Shown piece after piece: positions 1-35,200 of a stretch of DNA of 64,000 nt. The notes under the pieces are model-generated. The model did no database searches. It worked only from the letters and a program-made list of their open reading frames with translations, and was not told the DNA's origin. Every line of letters starts with the position of its first letter. Position 1 is the stretch's first letter. The stretch lies in NCBI GenBank assembly GCA_964106645.2, contig OZ067043.1; one strand, given 5' to 3'. The translations under genes and the position numbers were made by a program. The stretch comes from Podarcis pityusensis. Lineage: Eukaryota.

Positions 1-2018
1 TGACCTGATTTCGATCAGCTGGAACCGTTTTCTGACATCTAGGTATGTAGACGATATTTAATTTACTCTCAAAATGTATCTGTCCCTATGGGAACCTGAT
101 TCCGGTAATAAAATTTGATATTGTTTAGATCAGTGTTTCAGTTGTTTAGAGCTTTTGTGATTATAGCCAAAACTTAGAACATTTTTTAAAAAATGAAAAG
201 CAAAAACACGCAAATGTGTGAGGTTTCTGGTGTCTTAAATGCAGATTATATAATTAAGATGTGTGAAAATAAGAATTGTGATGAAGTCCCAAAACTGGTA
301 TTTTTAAGAACTGGAAAAGTTCGGGGTGTGTAGTTATAAAAGGTAAAGGCAAAATTGTTTGCTTTGGCATATAGAAAACATCCTGTTTTATTTTGTGTTG
401 GAACGAAGTCCCTGCTCCATGTTTAGTGCAGGCCTCTGGATAGCTGCCAGAGAGCAGCGTAAAACCAGCAGCAAGCATTGTGTACCACTTTCTCACAATC
501 CTTTGTTAAAACGTTATGGAAATCTCGTAATAGGTCTTCTACAATCCATAAACAGCTTACAGTTTGGTGGTGGTTTTTTTTCTGCAGTCCCCATTAGTAG
601 AAATCCCAACATTGTTTATCCTGTTCCATGAAAAAAAACAAATACTTGTTTTGTGTGCTGCACCTTTAATTATTTATTTCTATTTTTTAATATATAATAT
701 TTTTTATTAGTTTTCAATTACATTCCAGTAATAGCCTCATTATAACAATACCAATTTATAATACAGTTACTAATACCAATTGTTCAAATACCAAATTATA
801 TAATTTAGGTGGCACCCCACGTGCTAGAATTGATGGTTGGATGATTTTCTTTATTTCTGTGTTCTAAAATCTTACTAATTTCAATTACATTTCTATTTTA
901 TTTCTATTAATTTCAATTACATTTCTAGTTTAATTCTAGTTTATTTTTAAACGTGTTTTTGAGGTACGTACGAGGAATCCCAGGGATTCCTGCCTTTGCA
1001 TCATGTTGATTCCAATATACCATAAAAGGACACCATAAGGACACCTGTTTGCGGTTCCCAACAGTTTTCATAACCACTCCTTTCTTGAAGGAAAAGAAGC
1101 TATTTTCCCCAACATTGAGGAAATTTATTAGATGTAACAATGGATGTCATAATTGACATGATGCTGCTCCTAGGAAAGCTCTCTCCCACTATTGATTTAT
1201 TTTAAAATATGTATATCCTGCTTATTTATTTATTTTTGTTATTTATTTAATTTATATACCGCCCTACACCCGGAGGTTTCAGAACAAAATCAAAATATGA
1301 AACCACAAAATATATAATCAAAATAAAAACAACAACCCAATACCCCCCCCTTTTTAAAAAGGGCATAGGGTGTCAATCAAATCCACCAAAGGCCTGCTTA
1401 CAAAGGAACGTTTTTGCCCAGTGCCTAAAGGTGCCAGGAGAGGAATTCTGGAGCCAGGGAGCAATTGCTTGCACAGTCACAGTTTTACCTCACATGGCAA
1501 GATGGCCCAGAGATGGGCTCCGGATGAAGATGTGCTTGAACTTTATTTTCTTTCTAGCGTAATCTAGAATGTCTTTTTAACAACAGAACATCTTCCTATT
1601 TTACCCCCGCCCCACATTAGCTATACTTATGGAAATTTAGATTTCGTTGTGGAAAGTGATTGAGGTGTTGAACCAGATCACAGGAAACCGAGGTTCAAAT
1701 CTCCAATTCCGCCATGAAGTTCTGGGTGACCTTGGGCCTCGCTTTTGGTGTAAACGACCTTCTCAGGATTGTTGCAAGGAAAAACATGGGAAAACAGGGC
1801 ATGGGTCACATTGAAAACATGACCATGTATTTTCTGCCCTGAACTCCTTGGAGAAAAGAGGGCGTATGCATCAAATAAACGGAGTCATTTCAGTCAGTTG
1901 TGTCTAGTTCTTCTCTTGGCTTCTGCTGGTTCTAGGGTGGATTTGCCTGGTTTTGTTAGGATTTTAGCTGCTGGGGTGAGTAGTATAACCACATAGTTTC
2001 ATCTAAAGTTTGTGTTGA

Positions 2019-2050
<32 letters not shown>

Positions 2051-2489
2051 TTATTATTATTTATACCCTGCCTATCTGGCTGGGTCGCTTTGCATTGAGC
2101 TGTTTATGAGCTTTGCACTGCACAGTAACTGAATTGGTGGCATTTTCAGTACTGAAGTTTATTTCTAGTTTATTATGGCATTTTTAGGGCTGGGTAACCT
2201 TTCATATTATCTGTTGAAATAATTGCATTTGAAATAATTGCCGGGGTGGGGTGGGGTAGGATAGGGAGCTGCAGTGACTGAAAGAGGGTGGAACTGTTCA
2301 CACAATCTCTGGAATTGGATCCAAGCCCACGTAGACTACAAACACATACTAAATCAATCAAGCATGGGCAGATATAAAAGAAGAGTCCACTATCTGTAAA
2401 AAGTTTCTCTCACGACACCATAGCCTTTTGGTTGGAACAGTGGCTATTCCCCACATGTGCAGTTGCAAGCGCATACATATAATTTTATT

Positions 2490-2712
2490 GCATGTATATC
2501 CCGCCACCTTCTCTAAGGAGCTCAAAGTGAAGTACAAGGTTCTCCCCTTCCTCATTTTTAGTCCCCACAACAACCCTGTGAGGTAGGTTAGGCTGAGAGG
2601 CAGTGACTGGCCCAAGGTCACCCAGTGAACTTCATGGTTGAGTGGGGATTTGAACCCTGGTCTCCCAGGTTCCTGACCAACACTCAAGCCACTAAGCTAC
2701 ATACTGGCTCTC
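2490..2712 (-). mobile_element. tRNA-derived (MIR/CORE-like) SINE
   Basis: CCCCACAACAACCCTGTGAGGTAGGTTAGGCTGAGAGGCAGTGACTGGCCCAAGGTCACCCAGTGA...GGATTTGAACCC. Related decayed copies at about 1660-1880 (+) and 3570-3660. Confidence 0.65.
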
Positions 2713-5161
2713 TCATGTTTAGCAGCCGGAACTGGATAGAGAATAAAGATGGAGGCGAGAGAAGAGTACAGAAAGAGAAGGGAAGAGAGGAAATGGATGG
2801 CAGATAGACTGACCCACACAATACATTTAAATCGCATCCAGCACACAGAGTATCCTGGGGACTGTGGTTTGTTAAAGAGTCTGGAGATTATAGCTCTGTG
2901 AAGGATAAACTATGTAAATTAAGAAGGGGGACAAAAGTTAAATGTTTTTAATAATAATAAGCCTGGACATAGAAAGGTGGGGTTAAGGCATGCAAGGTAA
3001 TCGTGAAAGGGGAAAAGAAATGACAGGAGATGACTAGAAACACTTTGAGATGTAAGTGCAAAAGGAATATTAGATAGCAAGGATCGGCTTTGAATAGCAA
3101 GGATCAAGAGCAGTGTGCAGGCCTGCTCAAGCTGCAGAATTCTCCTTCCCAATGCAGCTGTTGTTTCCTGTGTTTTTGGAGGAATGGGGTACATGGGACT
3201 GTAATGCTGTGATGGTAAGGAATTTTGGGTCTTGATCAGAAATTCCTGCACATGTCAGTGCAGAATCCTGGATTGAGGTTCAGATCTCGCCATTCACCCG
3301 CACTGTGCATGACCTTGGACATATCATGCTCTCTCAGGCTGTGTACACACCCCTGTTTGCTCTGCATCCAGTGTGCTCCCATTGCTGATTTGGGAAGCAA
3401 TGTCAACATGGTGTTAGGCACAACCCATATCTATTCTGTATCTATCCTGTCATTTCTTACGAAATACTGTATTTTGAGGTGTTTCCCCCTAAGCCAGCTT
3501 CATTCTGAATTGAGAAAAAGAACAACTTAGGTCCATTTTAAGCCAGTGATGTGTCTGCAGCCTCTTGTCTAACTGGCCTCACAGGGTTGTTGTGTGAATA
3601 AAAGGGGAGGGCATCTATTGCTGCCCTGTGTCCCCTGGAGGAAAAGTGAGATAAAAAATGAAATGTATACATAATTAGCATTGTTGTTGTCATCGTTTCT
3701 AAAGGATCTTAATCTTTTTGAATTGAACAACATATGTTTGTGTTATTTTGCCCTGTTAAGAAATATGGGAGGAAAGGCTTTGGGGAATACTGCCAATGAC
3801 AGCTACATTGTTCTCTCTCTCAATTTGGATCAAAGCTGGTTTGAGGGGAAAAGCAGTGTTTCTCAAGAAACAACAAAGTAGATAAGGGATTGTGACATAC
3901 GTACTCTTGCTTCCCAGAGCTCACTGGATGCCAAGTAAATGGGGGTGTGCGCACAGCCTCAGTTACTACAAACCTTCCTGTGAAAACAAGTCAAAGGAGG
4001 TCTTGTTTAATGCAAACATGCTGTTTTGCATAACTGTGTGCTTACAATGAATGACCCATTCTCCACTGATCTATTTCCCTCACTCACCATCCCCATCTCC
4101 AAAGGCACAATTTCTTATGCTCAGCTGAGTCCTCCTCACACACACACACACCACTGACTACTGAAGGCTTGGTGCTCATTGACCGAAAATAGCTCCTCTT
4201 GCTGCTGGTTTCAGCCCGCCCTGGCTGTGATGCTGCAGATGTCAAATAAGGATAAGGGGGTGACTGTAGGAGTGAGAGATGCAGGGATAAGGAGGCGGAT
4301 CTCTAGAAGAAAAACCATTGCAGCCCACACACTTTTTATATGCCACGTAGGGAGTAACTCTGTGTTTAAAGGAGGGAAAAACACAGTGGCATTCAGAGGG
4401 TGACCTCAAGTCCCCCTCTGCCTCTTGGTGCAAATTATGTTTCTAGGACACAGTTTTAAGGTTATGTATACAGAAACTGGATAATATGTCAACAGTGTGA
4501 TTAAGTCTTGCTAACATTAGACCGCTAGATGCAGAATTGGAAAAGCCACTGGGCATTTCATTAGACTTCCAGAGTGGTGTTAAATATTGTTCATGTAATA
4601 TTGTGGTCCATGTTGGCAGTTAACACAGGAAGCCTTAGGATATCCCCCCCCCCAGCACCAAGCAATGTGGTAACGGCTGTTTCCTATATTAAAATTGGAC
4701 AGAGGAACACTGTTGTTGGTTTTTCTGTACACATTATAACTTTAAAGCACATTCAAAGCGCAATCTTTCTCTCAGAGGTCTGGGCACTTTAGTTTACCCC
4801 CTCATAGAATTCCTAGCTGCCCTTAACAAACCAGCCCTATTCTACAAATATATACTGAAAAGTAAGTCCTACTGAATTTAGTGGGGCTTACTCCCACATA
4901 AGTGTGCTAGGGATTGCAAGCTCAGTAAACTTTATAGCAGGGATGGAGAATCTGGTTCTCTTAAGATGTTATTGAACTGCAACTCCCATCATTCCTGAAT
5001 ATTGGCCCTGCTGGCTGGGGCTGATGGGATATAGGTGTGGGCCACTCCCCCTAGGCCACATCAGGTAGAGAATTTTTTTCCAGATGTAACCCTCATTACC
5101 ATTTCTTCCTTACAGGACTTTTCTCCAGATGGGCAGTCACTTTGAATTACGGATGCCTCAA

Positions 5162-12919
<7,758 letters not shown>

Positions 12920-14402
12920 TTGTTTGATTGACTGGCTCAGGACTGAATATCCAGATCGACCTGCTGCTAGTTTTCATACAACTGGATCTCTTAAAAGCTA
13001 TTGCATTACCATAATTGCTCTATTCTCTAAATACAGTCTACATACGTAGAAAGGACTAGTGTTATTACATCATTTGCTGAGGCCTCCCAAGTATTCTCCA
13101 ATGAGAACGTGGACTCTGGGAATTAAGTTTACATCTCACCCTGTCAAAGAACAGAAATAAAATGTTCTCATTGAATTGAAATACGGTGTAAATATACATA
13201 CAGTTCTGTGTTAATGCTTAGCAGCCATCGCTTAGTTACAAATAGGCCAAGCGCTATAGCAATAATGACTTCACCGTCATGGGACAATTACCAGTAAGAA
13301 TAAAAAAACTATGCTTCTCATCAGTTGGGTGCAGCTACACAGCGGATAGCCTATGCAGTCCAGTGTTGTTGCTTTTTAAGTTTCCTTTTCAGTAGCTGTC
13401 CCACCAACTCCTTAAATTGCTTCTTAATCTCCAGGACCTGCTGGGAAGAGATTGAAAACTCTGATTTCAGAGGCATACCAAACAAGTTCACTTTGAGTCA
13501 TCAGTTTTCAAGAAACCAAATACCAGTCTGCACTACAAAGTGCTGTGTTTTCAACTCAAGGCACAATTGCTCTGCCATCCCCATACTTTAAAAAAGGAAA
13601 AAGAAAAAAAACTAACAGAACTGGACACAAGTTATTGCATTAGTGAATCCCATAAAAGTTGTGGTTTTAGGCAAGTTTACCTAGGAGTAAATCCTATTGA
13701 AAAGTGTGGGACTTTTCTTTCAACTAAACTTGCATAGGATTGTGCTGCAAGTCTACTGAAAAAGGGTTAAAGTTCTTTATATTCAGCCATACAAATGAAG
13801 AAGCGTCTCTCTCTACATGTTGTATCTGTAACTTGCTCTCTATTATGACTGTCGTAAATTAGTAGGAATATCTTTTAAGGTTACAGTGAGTGCTGAATCC
13901 TACTGGATTCAACAACAAAGCCAAGTGCAGAGTGCTTGGCGCAGTACAGATGTATTGCATAAACATTACGATGATTTTTCAGCATAGCTCTGCCAATCTT
14001 CTCTATTTTGTGTTACTTCCTTGGTTCTGTTCCAGGATTCTCATCTTGTTGCCGCTTGCGTGAAATTTAATATTGAACCTCTTCATATGTTCAACAACAG
14101 CACATGGTATTAGTGCTGCAGGGGCCATACGACTTCACAGTGCATGTAGCAGAAATGCCTGTCTTGATTTTGGATGATGTTTAGCTTTAATGGCTGCAAT
14201 AGAAATTGTGATTTAGGATTGTTGATGGGAGGGGATGCTGCTCTTCAGTGCTAGGATGTTCGGATCATTACCAACCTTGCCATGTTTTTTTAAAAGTTTG
14301 GTGGGATTAAAGATTTTATAATAAAATATGCCCTAAGATTAAAAGTTCCTAACATGAAGAAAGCCAGCACTTCTCACCAGTATGTTAGCTTTCAGTGTAC
14401 AG

Positions 14403-14650
14403 CATGGGTAGGCAAACTAAGGCCTAGGGGCCGGATCCAGCCCAATCACCTTCTAAATTCGGCAAGGACGGTCTGGGAATCAGTGTGTTTTTACATGTGT
14501 AGAATGTGTCCTTTTATTTAAAATGCATCTCTGGGTTATTTGTGGGGCGTAGGAATTTGTTCATCCCCCCCCAAAAAATATAGTCTGGCCCCCCACAAGG
14601 TCTGAGGGACAGTGGACCAGCCCCCTGCTGAAAAAGTTTGCTGACCCCTG
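14403..14650. mobile_element. hAT-type MITE with 8-bp TSD, within the probable KCTD20 3'UTR
   Basis: Imperfect TIRs CATGGGTAGGCAAACT / AGTTTGCTGACCCCTG; perfect TSD GTGTACAG at 14395-14402 and 14651-14658. Confidence 0.8.
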
Positions 14651-16434
14651 GTGTACAGGGAGATTTTGATGGGTTAAGCTCAGGGAAACATGCTGGTAGT
14701 TTGAATGGGAATTGGCTGTTATATGAGTTATGCACTGTAGTTATACCTGCCCATTACATTAAAGTGCTTCAAAAGCTTAGCCCATCCTCTGCAAGGTAGA
14801 GAAAAAACTTTTGACACATTCAGATGAAGAATCTTACTGCAGAAGAAAGCAAATACACACCTGAAGTCCTGAATTTTCAGCAACTTAAGTGTGATTTTAG
14901 AACAGGTTGTGCATAATGCTGGTCTGAATTAATATGTAGAGGACTTTGCAACTATCAGCACCTGCAATTATATACTTTTTAAAAAAATCAATGCACCAAA
15001 TATCTCTATCTTAAGAGCCTCAAAAGAACAAATGTGTAGCTGATTGCCATCTACTTGGGATCTGCTTAGAGGAATTAAGTGAATAGATATTGCCAGATAG
15101 TGGAGATAGCTTTCCAGAGTCAGAATAAATTGAGTTAATACTTCCAGTGAAGGGAGAATCGCCCAAGGTCACTAATTTATGTAACAAATGGTCTTTTTAA
15201 TTTTCAATTAAAACTTTTTGGTTTTATTTCCAAGCAAGATTAATGGACTATGCTATTGTTACACTGTTGAAGATGTTAAAGCAGACTTGTAGCACAATCT
15301 TATACATGCTTACTCAAAAGTAAGCCCCATTATGTTCAAAGGAGCTTTCTGGAAAGTGTGCATAGTTTTGCAGCCTTAGAACTGTATCAAGGAAGCTTTT
15401 ATCATTTCTGATCCAGTTATTTTATTTAAACAGCCATTCAACCTCTCACGAAAGTGCCTACAGCAACTTTTTTCAAAAGCTGCACTACTTGTGCTGTTCA
15501 CAAGGCAAGGTGGTCTTTTTAGAAATATTTAATTAGAAAAATATAGGGTGATTTATAGACAGGTGTCAACATTGAAAGAAACTCCAGCATGAAAATTATT
15601 GGAGAATACTTCCAGTATTAAATTCAAAAATTTGGGTAAGCCAAGTTTGCCATTCTCACATGTGTGTAAGAGCCATTCCCACGTATGCACTGAATGTTGA
15701 TAGAAAATTGAACCACTTTTACAGCTGTGAGGGTGGTGAGAATTTTTGATAAAATCTCTAACCTAGGAATTTTCAGAGTAGCTGCTTAGAAGATTGCAAT
15801 TTCATACAGTAGCTATGCTTGCTGCAGCTACATTGGTGTTTCCAAAAGAAAGTGCTGAAAGTCAGATACACGTTTCTGGACATTCAGGGATGCATGCTGA
15901 GCCCACAATGGCTATAACAACATGATCATGTCTGCTGCATGTTCACGGAACATATAGCTGCCCTTCACATTTTACATTTGCTGCAGCAGACACACTAGTA
16001 TAGGCAAAAACAAAGACAACTGCCACAGAAAATGAGAGGTAACTCTTAGGATTCCAAAAACAAAGAAATTCAAAAGTGAGGCAACCCCAATGAACTTGAA
16101 GAATGCCCACTGCAAACAAAGTCAAACCTGACTTGAAAAATTACACTTACTCCAAATTATAACCAGACATTCAGAGAGCCAATATAAGCCACTAAAAGCT
16201 TTTCACAAATAATAGGTTGCTTTCCCAAAGAAACAATGTATCTATATCTGATGCAAAATAAAAAAATAAAGTATTATATAGCATTGTCCAACTAGGAATA
16301 TTGGACTAATGGGATATTTCTATTCTGGGGTGATTTATTTCCTCTTCCGTTATCTGTAATTAAAAAGGCACAAAAACAAGTTTCTCCTTTTTTTATTTTG
16401 TTCAATATTCAGTGTTTACATTATCATACCTTTA

Positions 16435-16440
16435 AATAAA
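16435..16440 (+). terminator. Probable distal polyadenylation signal of KCTD20 (about 3.6-kb 3'UTR)
   Basis: AATAAA followed about 25 nt later by a GT/T-rich downstream element (GTTGTTTACGTCCTGTGTCTTAGTTTT). Proximal AATAAA motifs also occur near 13156 and 13298. Confidence 0.55.
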
Positions 16441-17351
16441 AAAAAATTTAAATACTTTTCCGGTAGTTGTTTACGTCCTGTGTCTTAGTTTTCAAAGAGT
16501 TTCCTTTTATCTGCTGCGTTATGTTTCTAATCCTGTGTTGTCTCTTTGGTTGTTGTTTTTCTAGTCAACTTGAATATGGTCTGGAAAATCATTTTCTTTG
16601 CATTACCTTGATGCTAAAGAACAGTGTGGCCCTACCTGTACTCTCCGGAGGGAGCCACACTGGCCCCAGCCCCCACCTGTGTGTACATATGGTATAAAGA
16701 ATGTATATAGCCACATCCCGTGTAACAGGAAACACCTGGTGCCTCCACTAACTCTTTAACACACGTGAAGCAACCCTGAAGATATTTCATGTTAGAACGA
16801 AAGTTTGCAAAACGCATGGCTGAGAAGGAGGATGCTCGTAAGTGCTCTCAAGCATAACGAAAAGTGTTTTTACGACACTTTCTATTGAGAGGCAGGCCTT
16901 ATCTACAGTTCCCCCATCCTATCCCTTCCGGTAATCATCCAGTGCTCTGTATCCCTTTCTATCCTGCCTCCCTTGCCTAAGTTGTGCTATTTCCAAAACT
17001 TATCGATTCAGCAACTGGAATTGGGTTTCCCCCCCTCCCCCCATTATTTTCCCTTTTATACAGGTGGTGTTTCTCTTTTTATTTTTCTCTTATGTATGTC
17101 TCACCATGTTTAGTGCACATATAATTATGTACTTTTTCAACTTTCAATGAAGATGTCGGTGTGTGGGGGGGGGGGGAATTCAGCGACTGGAATAAGTGAA
17201 CATGTCTATTGCTCATTATTCACTCTTATTGCACCTAATCAACACACTTAGCAAATACATCCAGGCACCCCCTTTGATTACCTCAGTGTCATCTGTTGCG
17301 AACAATAAGCTTTTCAATTCAAATAACTCACAAAACATTAGCAAAACTACA

Positions 17352-17357
17352 TTTATT
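17352..17357 (-). terminator. Probable distal polyadenylation signal of STK38 (about 3.6-kb 3'UTR)
   Basis: Minus-strand AATAAA followed by GT-rich sequence (GTAGTTTTGCTAATGTTTTGTGAGTTATTTG). Confidence 0.55.
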
Positions 17358-20300
17358 GAGGAAGTATTTTAAACAGCTCAGAATGCAAAGACACTTCCAT
17401 AAAAATTGGTCTTCACACAAAACCCCAGAATCATGTACAAAGTATATGAAATTTTACACTGCAAGTAGTTACAGCTGTATGCAGATACAAAATCAATTTT
17501 AATCGGCCATAAGGCGGAACCCAGGCACATTGGTTAAGCAGTACCTAAGTGCAATACTCTGCTAATAATCACACACAACTGGCAGCATTGCTCATCTTAA
17601 GTCTCAGCCAGGAATTTTCTCCTGTACCCAGACACGCCAAAAATGCAGTATTTTGCAGCTTTTTGTTGTGCCAGAGAGACATCAGCGTTACTAAATACCT
17701 CAGTAGAACAGGAAACAGAAAAATGATACCAACTTGCATTATGAGTAAGCTGTGTAATTGTTTGGCTTCTAGATCTAAAACTGCTTTCGAAGAAGAAATG
17801 TGCCACCCCGGAAAGGCAACAGTTTCTCTAGAATTTACTATGGGCTGCTGCAGGGTGACAAGAGCTAGGAACATGAGAGATTGGCAGCCACCTGTGGACT
17901 GTGCACTCCCTGCCACATTAATTGTGGTTAATATTGGCATTAAGCGTTGACACTTACAACGGTCATTAAGGCTTATTGGGATTCCTGTTTAACCAGGATT
18001 TAAATACAGGTTTCAGATCTTGGTTAAATGAGAACCTTAATTCTCTAAATTAGTGCCAACAGACTACTTAACTGATTAAAGAGGACATTTACTGCAGTGA
18101 CAGAGTTCATGCGGAAGCTCTCTAAAAAATTTGTTAAAAGGAAGCCAGCACTGGCTGCAACAGCCAATATATGATCTTCTCAGTTAATACTCCTGTTTTA
18201 GTGTTGTTGTTGTTTTTTAAAAAGCAATACCATAGGAATCCAAGTTATAATGTTGCTATGAGAGGGCAGCATTGATTTTACACCCCCCCACCCCCCAAAA
18301 AAGAAAATGGTTCACAGACTGATGTTCCAAGTTCCCAAATGCTTAATTCTCATTTCCATAAGCTTGTTGATGCATAATGTCCTTATTTGTGGGGAGCCTT
18401 CATTCACTGCACTGGCAGTGTTAATTAAGAACACTGGGTGACCTCTGGCAACTCAACTATGCTCTTGGCTGCTGCAGAGACTACAGGAACAAGGATTCGA
18501 CCTCAGTTATAACAATATGCTATATTCATTCTCACTACAATACACAAAGTAAATCTTTCAAAAATTCCCAACAGTAGAAGACAGAAAATTACACCTTGTA
18601 CTGCAATTCAATTTACTCACGTACACACAATGCTTGCACTCATCTGTCACACTGTGGCACAGAGATGCTTTGCTAAATGGTCATAATGCAAAAGGAAACA
18701 TCAAAGAGGCATGCAAGAATCTTGTTTTCTTCCCTTTTGTGCAAGTTATTGGCTGGGCAGCTCTCTAGGCAATCAAGTTATCCTGAGACCTTCTACAGCT
18801 TTTTTAATAAAAGGCTTTTAAAGCACCAGTTATGTATGCTACATATTTTCAACATTCAGCAAGCACCAGAAATTTAACTTTAAACCCATCATTATCTAAC
18901 CAGTAAGCAAAACTCTAGCCCCACCATGTGTAGGACACGTCATTGGAGCACCGTAATAATTACAAACTAGGCACAGAGGATATATTAAAGCAGGAATAAG
19001 AGTTACCTCCCTATAGCCTCTCTCTAGATACATTTTGTGGACAAAGCCTAAATGCAAAATATTTCATTAGTGACCTTCTCACTGAAGCTTCTGTGCACTG
19101 CCACATCTAGAAAACTAGTTAAGGACCAGGATCTATCTGGATTTATAGGAGTACTAAGGAAGATAGGAAACACTCATGGTATGATGATGGGGGGGCGGGT
19201 TTCCAAACCAGTACATAAGACTGCCTACCGGTGAAGGGTATGTGTAACAGTGCAGATTGGAGAACAACCACTATTAAAACAGTTTTTAATGTTTTAGCAC
19301 ATTAATCCCTCCAATTAATTTGCTAAAACTCCGATCTGATAAGGACAGATGAACCATCAGAGGACAAGTGAACTACTGCATAATTATGCACATTCAGTGA
19401 AAATTACTAAGACACCTGTTATTGAAATATCGCAGGCTTCATCATATCTTCTAAAGGCAGAGACAACAATAATATTTGACGACTGTCTCCTAAATTACAA
19501 CTGAATCCTGATCTCTACCTTTGTACAAGAACAAAGGACTTCAACTTCTTTCAGCCTATTTGGGCATCAGAGCACCTTACTAAAGGAAAGCTTAATGTTT
19601 TTACTAAATCGCCTGGTAACATAGCCTGATGTACAAGGACCATCCCAAGCTATCATGTTTAGGTCTCCTCCTCTGGCTTGCCTGTCTTCATTTTGGCTCC
19701 AGATGCACTAGGTCTCCTCCTGTACCGTTACCTGCCCCCATCCTCAGTCTGGAGCTTAACATTGTCTTGAACAAATGATTTCAAAGATAGTTATCTGAAC
19801 AATGTGGTGAACTACATGAGATACACAAAATGATGGCAGTCTCATGTACCATGCAGAGCCTGAGAGGGCAGGGGTCCACCTTAAGAATCTGAAGAACACT
19901 CAGAGGGTCAGTGCCACCTAATGGCAACAGCCCAAGAAGTAGAACTGCACCATGTAGATCCTTTGAACAACCAGTCACTATGATCCCATTACTTCCTGTA
20001 GAGCACTCCTAGGTTATCCCAAAAGGCACTTCAGGGCTCTCTGCGTCCAAGCTTCAGAAAGATAAAGCTCCAAAGTATATTATGCCACTAACACTTACAT
20101 TTTACAATTCTCTGCTTGCAGCAACTTCCTAAGCTTTCATTAATCAAAGTCTTGAGGGTGAGAAGTAGGGAAAGAATCTGAAAAAGCAGGGCTCCTTTCA
20201 CAGTATTAACTATGGTATCCTAATAATGCTATTAACAGTGATTTCTCTCTTACTACCGAGTAGAATGCAGTTACATAAATCTCACAAGGAATCATCTTTA

Positions 20301-20974
20301 GCTCTCTTGACAATGCTTGTAAAAAAGCGTAACGTTCCCCAAATCTGAAGTTTAGAGGGGTGGGGGGAAGCTCAATACTTTAGGATTACTATTTTAGTAC
20401 CAACAGTAAAGTGCAGCAGCTTTTGAGGCCATTGTTGGGTTGAAAAAATTGCTATCCAAAAGGCTTTTGAACTAAGTATACAACACACTAGTGACAATTA
20501 AGGCAATACAGGTTTTGCCCTCCTATAGGATAAGCTTCTGAGAATTTGGTCTACCTCATACTAGTTATTGCTCTGTTTCCTGTACAATACCTTAGCCCTT
20601 AGAATTGTGCTGTACCTTTGCACAGCACTTGTAAAACAGAAGATACAAAAAAAACCCAAACCACAATTATGTTATACTCTACAATGTAAATAAAAGCTTG
20701 CACTCTCCTTCTTGAAGTAACAGTCTTAGGAATTTTAACTAAAGCCAGAATAACCTATTTCTGCAATAAAATCTGCAAAGGCAGGCTCATAAGTGCCATT
20801 TGTGGAAGTTTTCAATGCATAAATCCATTTAAATGTAAACACTGTGCATAATGATGTTATTTTGCACTCTTCTCAAGAGTTCACAGGCCTCAGATAAAGT
20901 TTATGAAGCATAGGAGAAAAAACTTGTGCTGACAGGAAAGAATGAAGGTTCAGGAATAGTTTTGTTGTGAGTCA

Positions 20975-33542
<12,568 letters not shown>

Positions 33543-34844
33543 GGTTCCTGGAAGAGAGAAATTAGAAAATATCTGTGATCCTAAACCTTGAAGCAAGAAA
33601 TCTACACTACATGATGGCTTAAATTTAAATAAAGCAGCCAGTTTAAAAATAAACAAAAGCTTTGCAAAATGCAATATGCCCAAACTGGAAGCTACAAGTG
33701 TAAAAGGCCCCAATGTTGCAAAACTTCCTGTTTTTCTACATAAGTTATGAACAAGGAGGAAAGAAATGTGATAACTATTAAGTCTCTGAATGACATTTGC
33801 AGGTTGCATTACAAATGTCTCTTATTACTTTCATCTCCAGTCAATTAAAATTCTACCAACATGTTTTAAACCAATAATAGTACGTATTTCCATGTAAAAG
33901 TATTTACAAACATAGCACAAGCTTCATTTATTTCCTTGGAACTTGCTTGTATTGAGTAAGAGTCAATATCTGCAGGGCTGTCAACAAAGAGTGAGCAAAT
34001 TTGTTTCTGTTGCTCTAGAGCCTAGGGAAAGGGAATATTGATTACACTTTGGAAAGAAAGAATGTCCTGACCATATGAACTGCTAGACAGTGGAACAGGC
34101 TACCACACAAGGTAAAGAACTGTTGGAGGTTTCTAAGTACAAGATGGATGGCCACCTCGTTATTGCAGATAACTAGAGTAGCAGATAATATACCTAAGTA
34201 GAAGTGGACTACATGGTTTTTAATCCTTCCAACTAAGATTCTAATCAGTAATTTTCAGTTCAAATTTACTTGGAGATAAGTCCCAGTGATTTCAATGGAG
34301 CTTACCTCTAAGCAAGTGTTCATAGACTACAGCCCAAGCAGTATTTTTCCTTGGATGACAGCAGAAACAAAAGTTTCTGTTCCTATTTTCTTCACAGTGT
34401 AACTAGCCGACCTAGAACCAATTAGCTCTTACACATTTGCTTTAGTTAACAATTGTAACTGCTTTTAAAATCTTCCCAATTTCATCAGAACTTCTAACCA
34501 AACCAAGGTTATATAAAATAATTCTTTGAACTAATTAGAGTATTTTGCTTGCATGGCTCTTTGAATGCAATCGTTTTACGGTGCACTCCCGTCGAAGAAA
34601 AGTTGTACATAATATAAATTATCTCTGTGATACTAGGCAACTGCAGCTCCTTTTTGCCAGTTGAAATTTCCCATTAAAAAAATTATCATCATCCCCAGGG
34701 ACCAGAGTGTCACTATGGCCCATCTGCAGTGTACCTAGCCTATCATGCCAGTTACAGGATCATGCTGCATGATACAGCCATGGTGTCCTACAAAAGTTTG
34801 TTATGGGTGTTAAGGGTTGTTAGGAAAACCCCTGTTCCTCTCAA

Positions 34845-35200
34845 GGAGCTACAGTTCTCAGGATCTCTGGGAATTGTAGCTCTGTGCAGGGAATAGGGGT
34901 ATCCTAAGAACTCTGACCATGCTTAACAAACCACAATTGCCAGGATGCTTTTGGGGGGGAAACCACAGATGTTTTAAAGTGGCATGGTACAGCTTTAAAT
35001 GTACAGCACAGGTGGGGCCTACTAGAATTCAAAGCAAAGCCTTCCCCTATGCATCCAAAGCACATTTCCCCCCAAAGAATCCTGGCAACTGCAACTTACC
35101 CCTCCCAAAGCTGCAAATTCCCAGCACCCTTAACAAAATACAGTTCCCAGAGCTTGGGGGGCGGGAAGGAGCAAGAATTGTGCTTTTTACATGTAGGGCT
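34845..35200. repeat. Pair of palindromic squamate MITE-like repeats
   Basis: Repeated GAGCTACAGTTC / GGGAATTGTAGCTCTGTG / CTTAACAAA motifs in both orientations. A related copy lies at about 2810-2915. Confidence 0.45.

Noticed and set aside
925-1140. 71-aa minus-strand ORF with LWCPFMVYW
   Set aside because: Probably the decayed 3' end of an L1/Tx1-type ORF2 followed by an A-rich tail. Too weak to call, and not a host gene.
17549-17950. Overlapping 133-aa and 123-aa ORFs on opposite strands
   Set aside because: Within the inferred STK38 3'UTR, with no homology or splice support.
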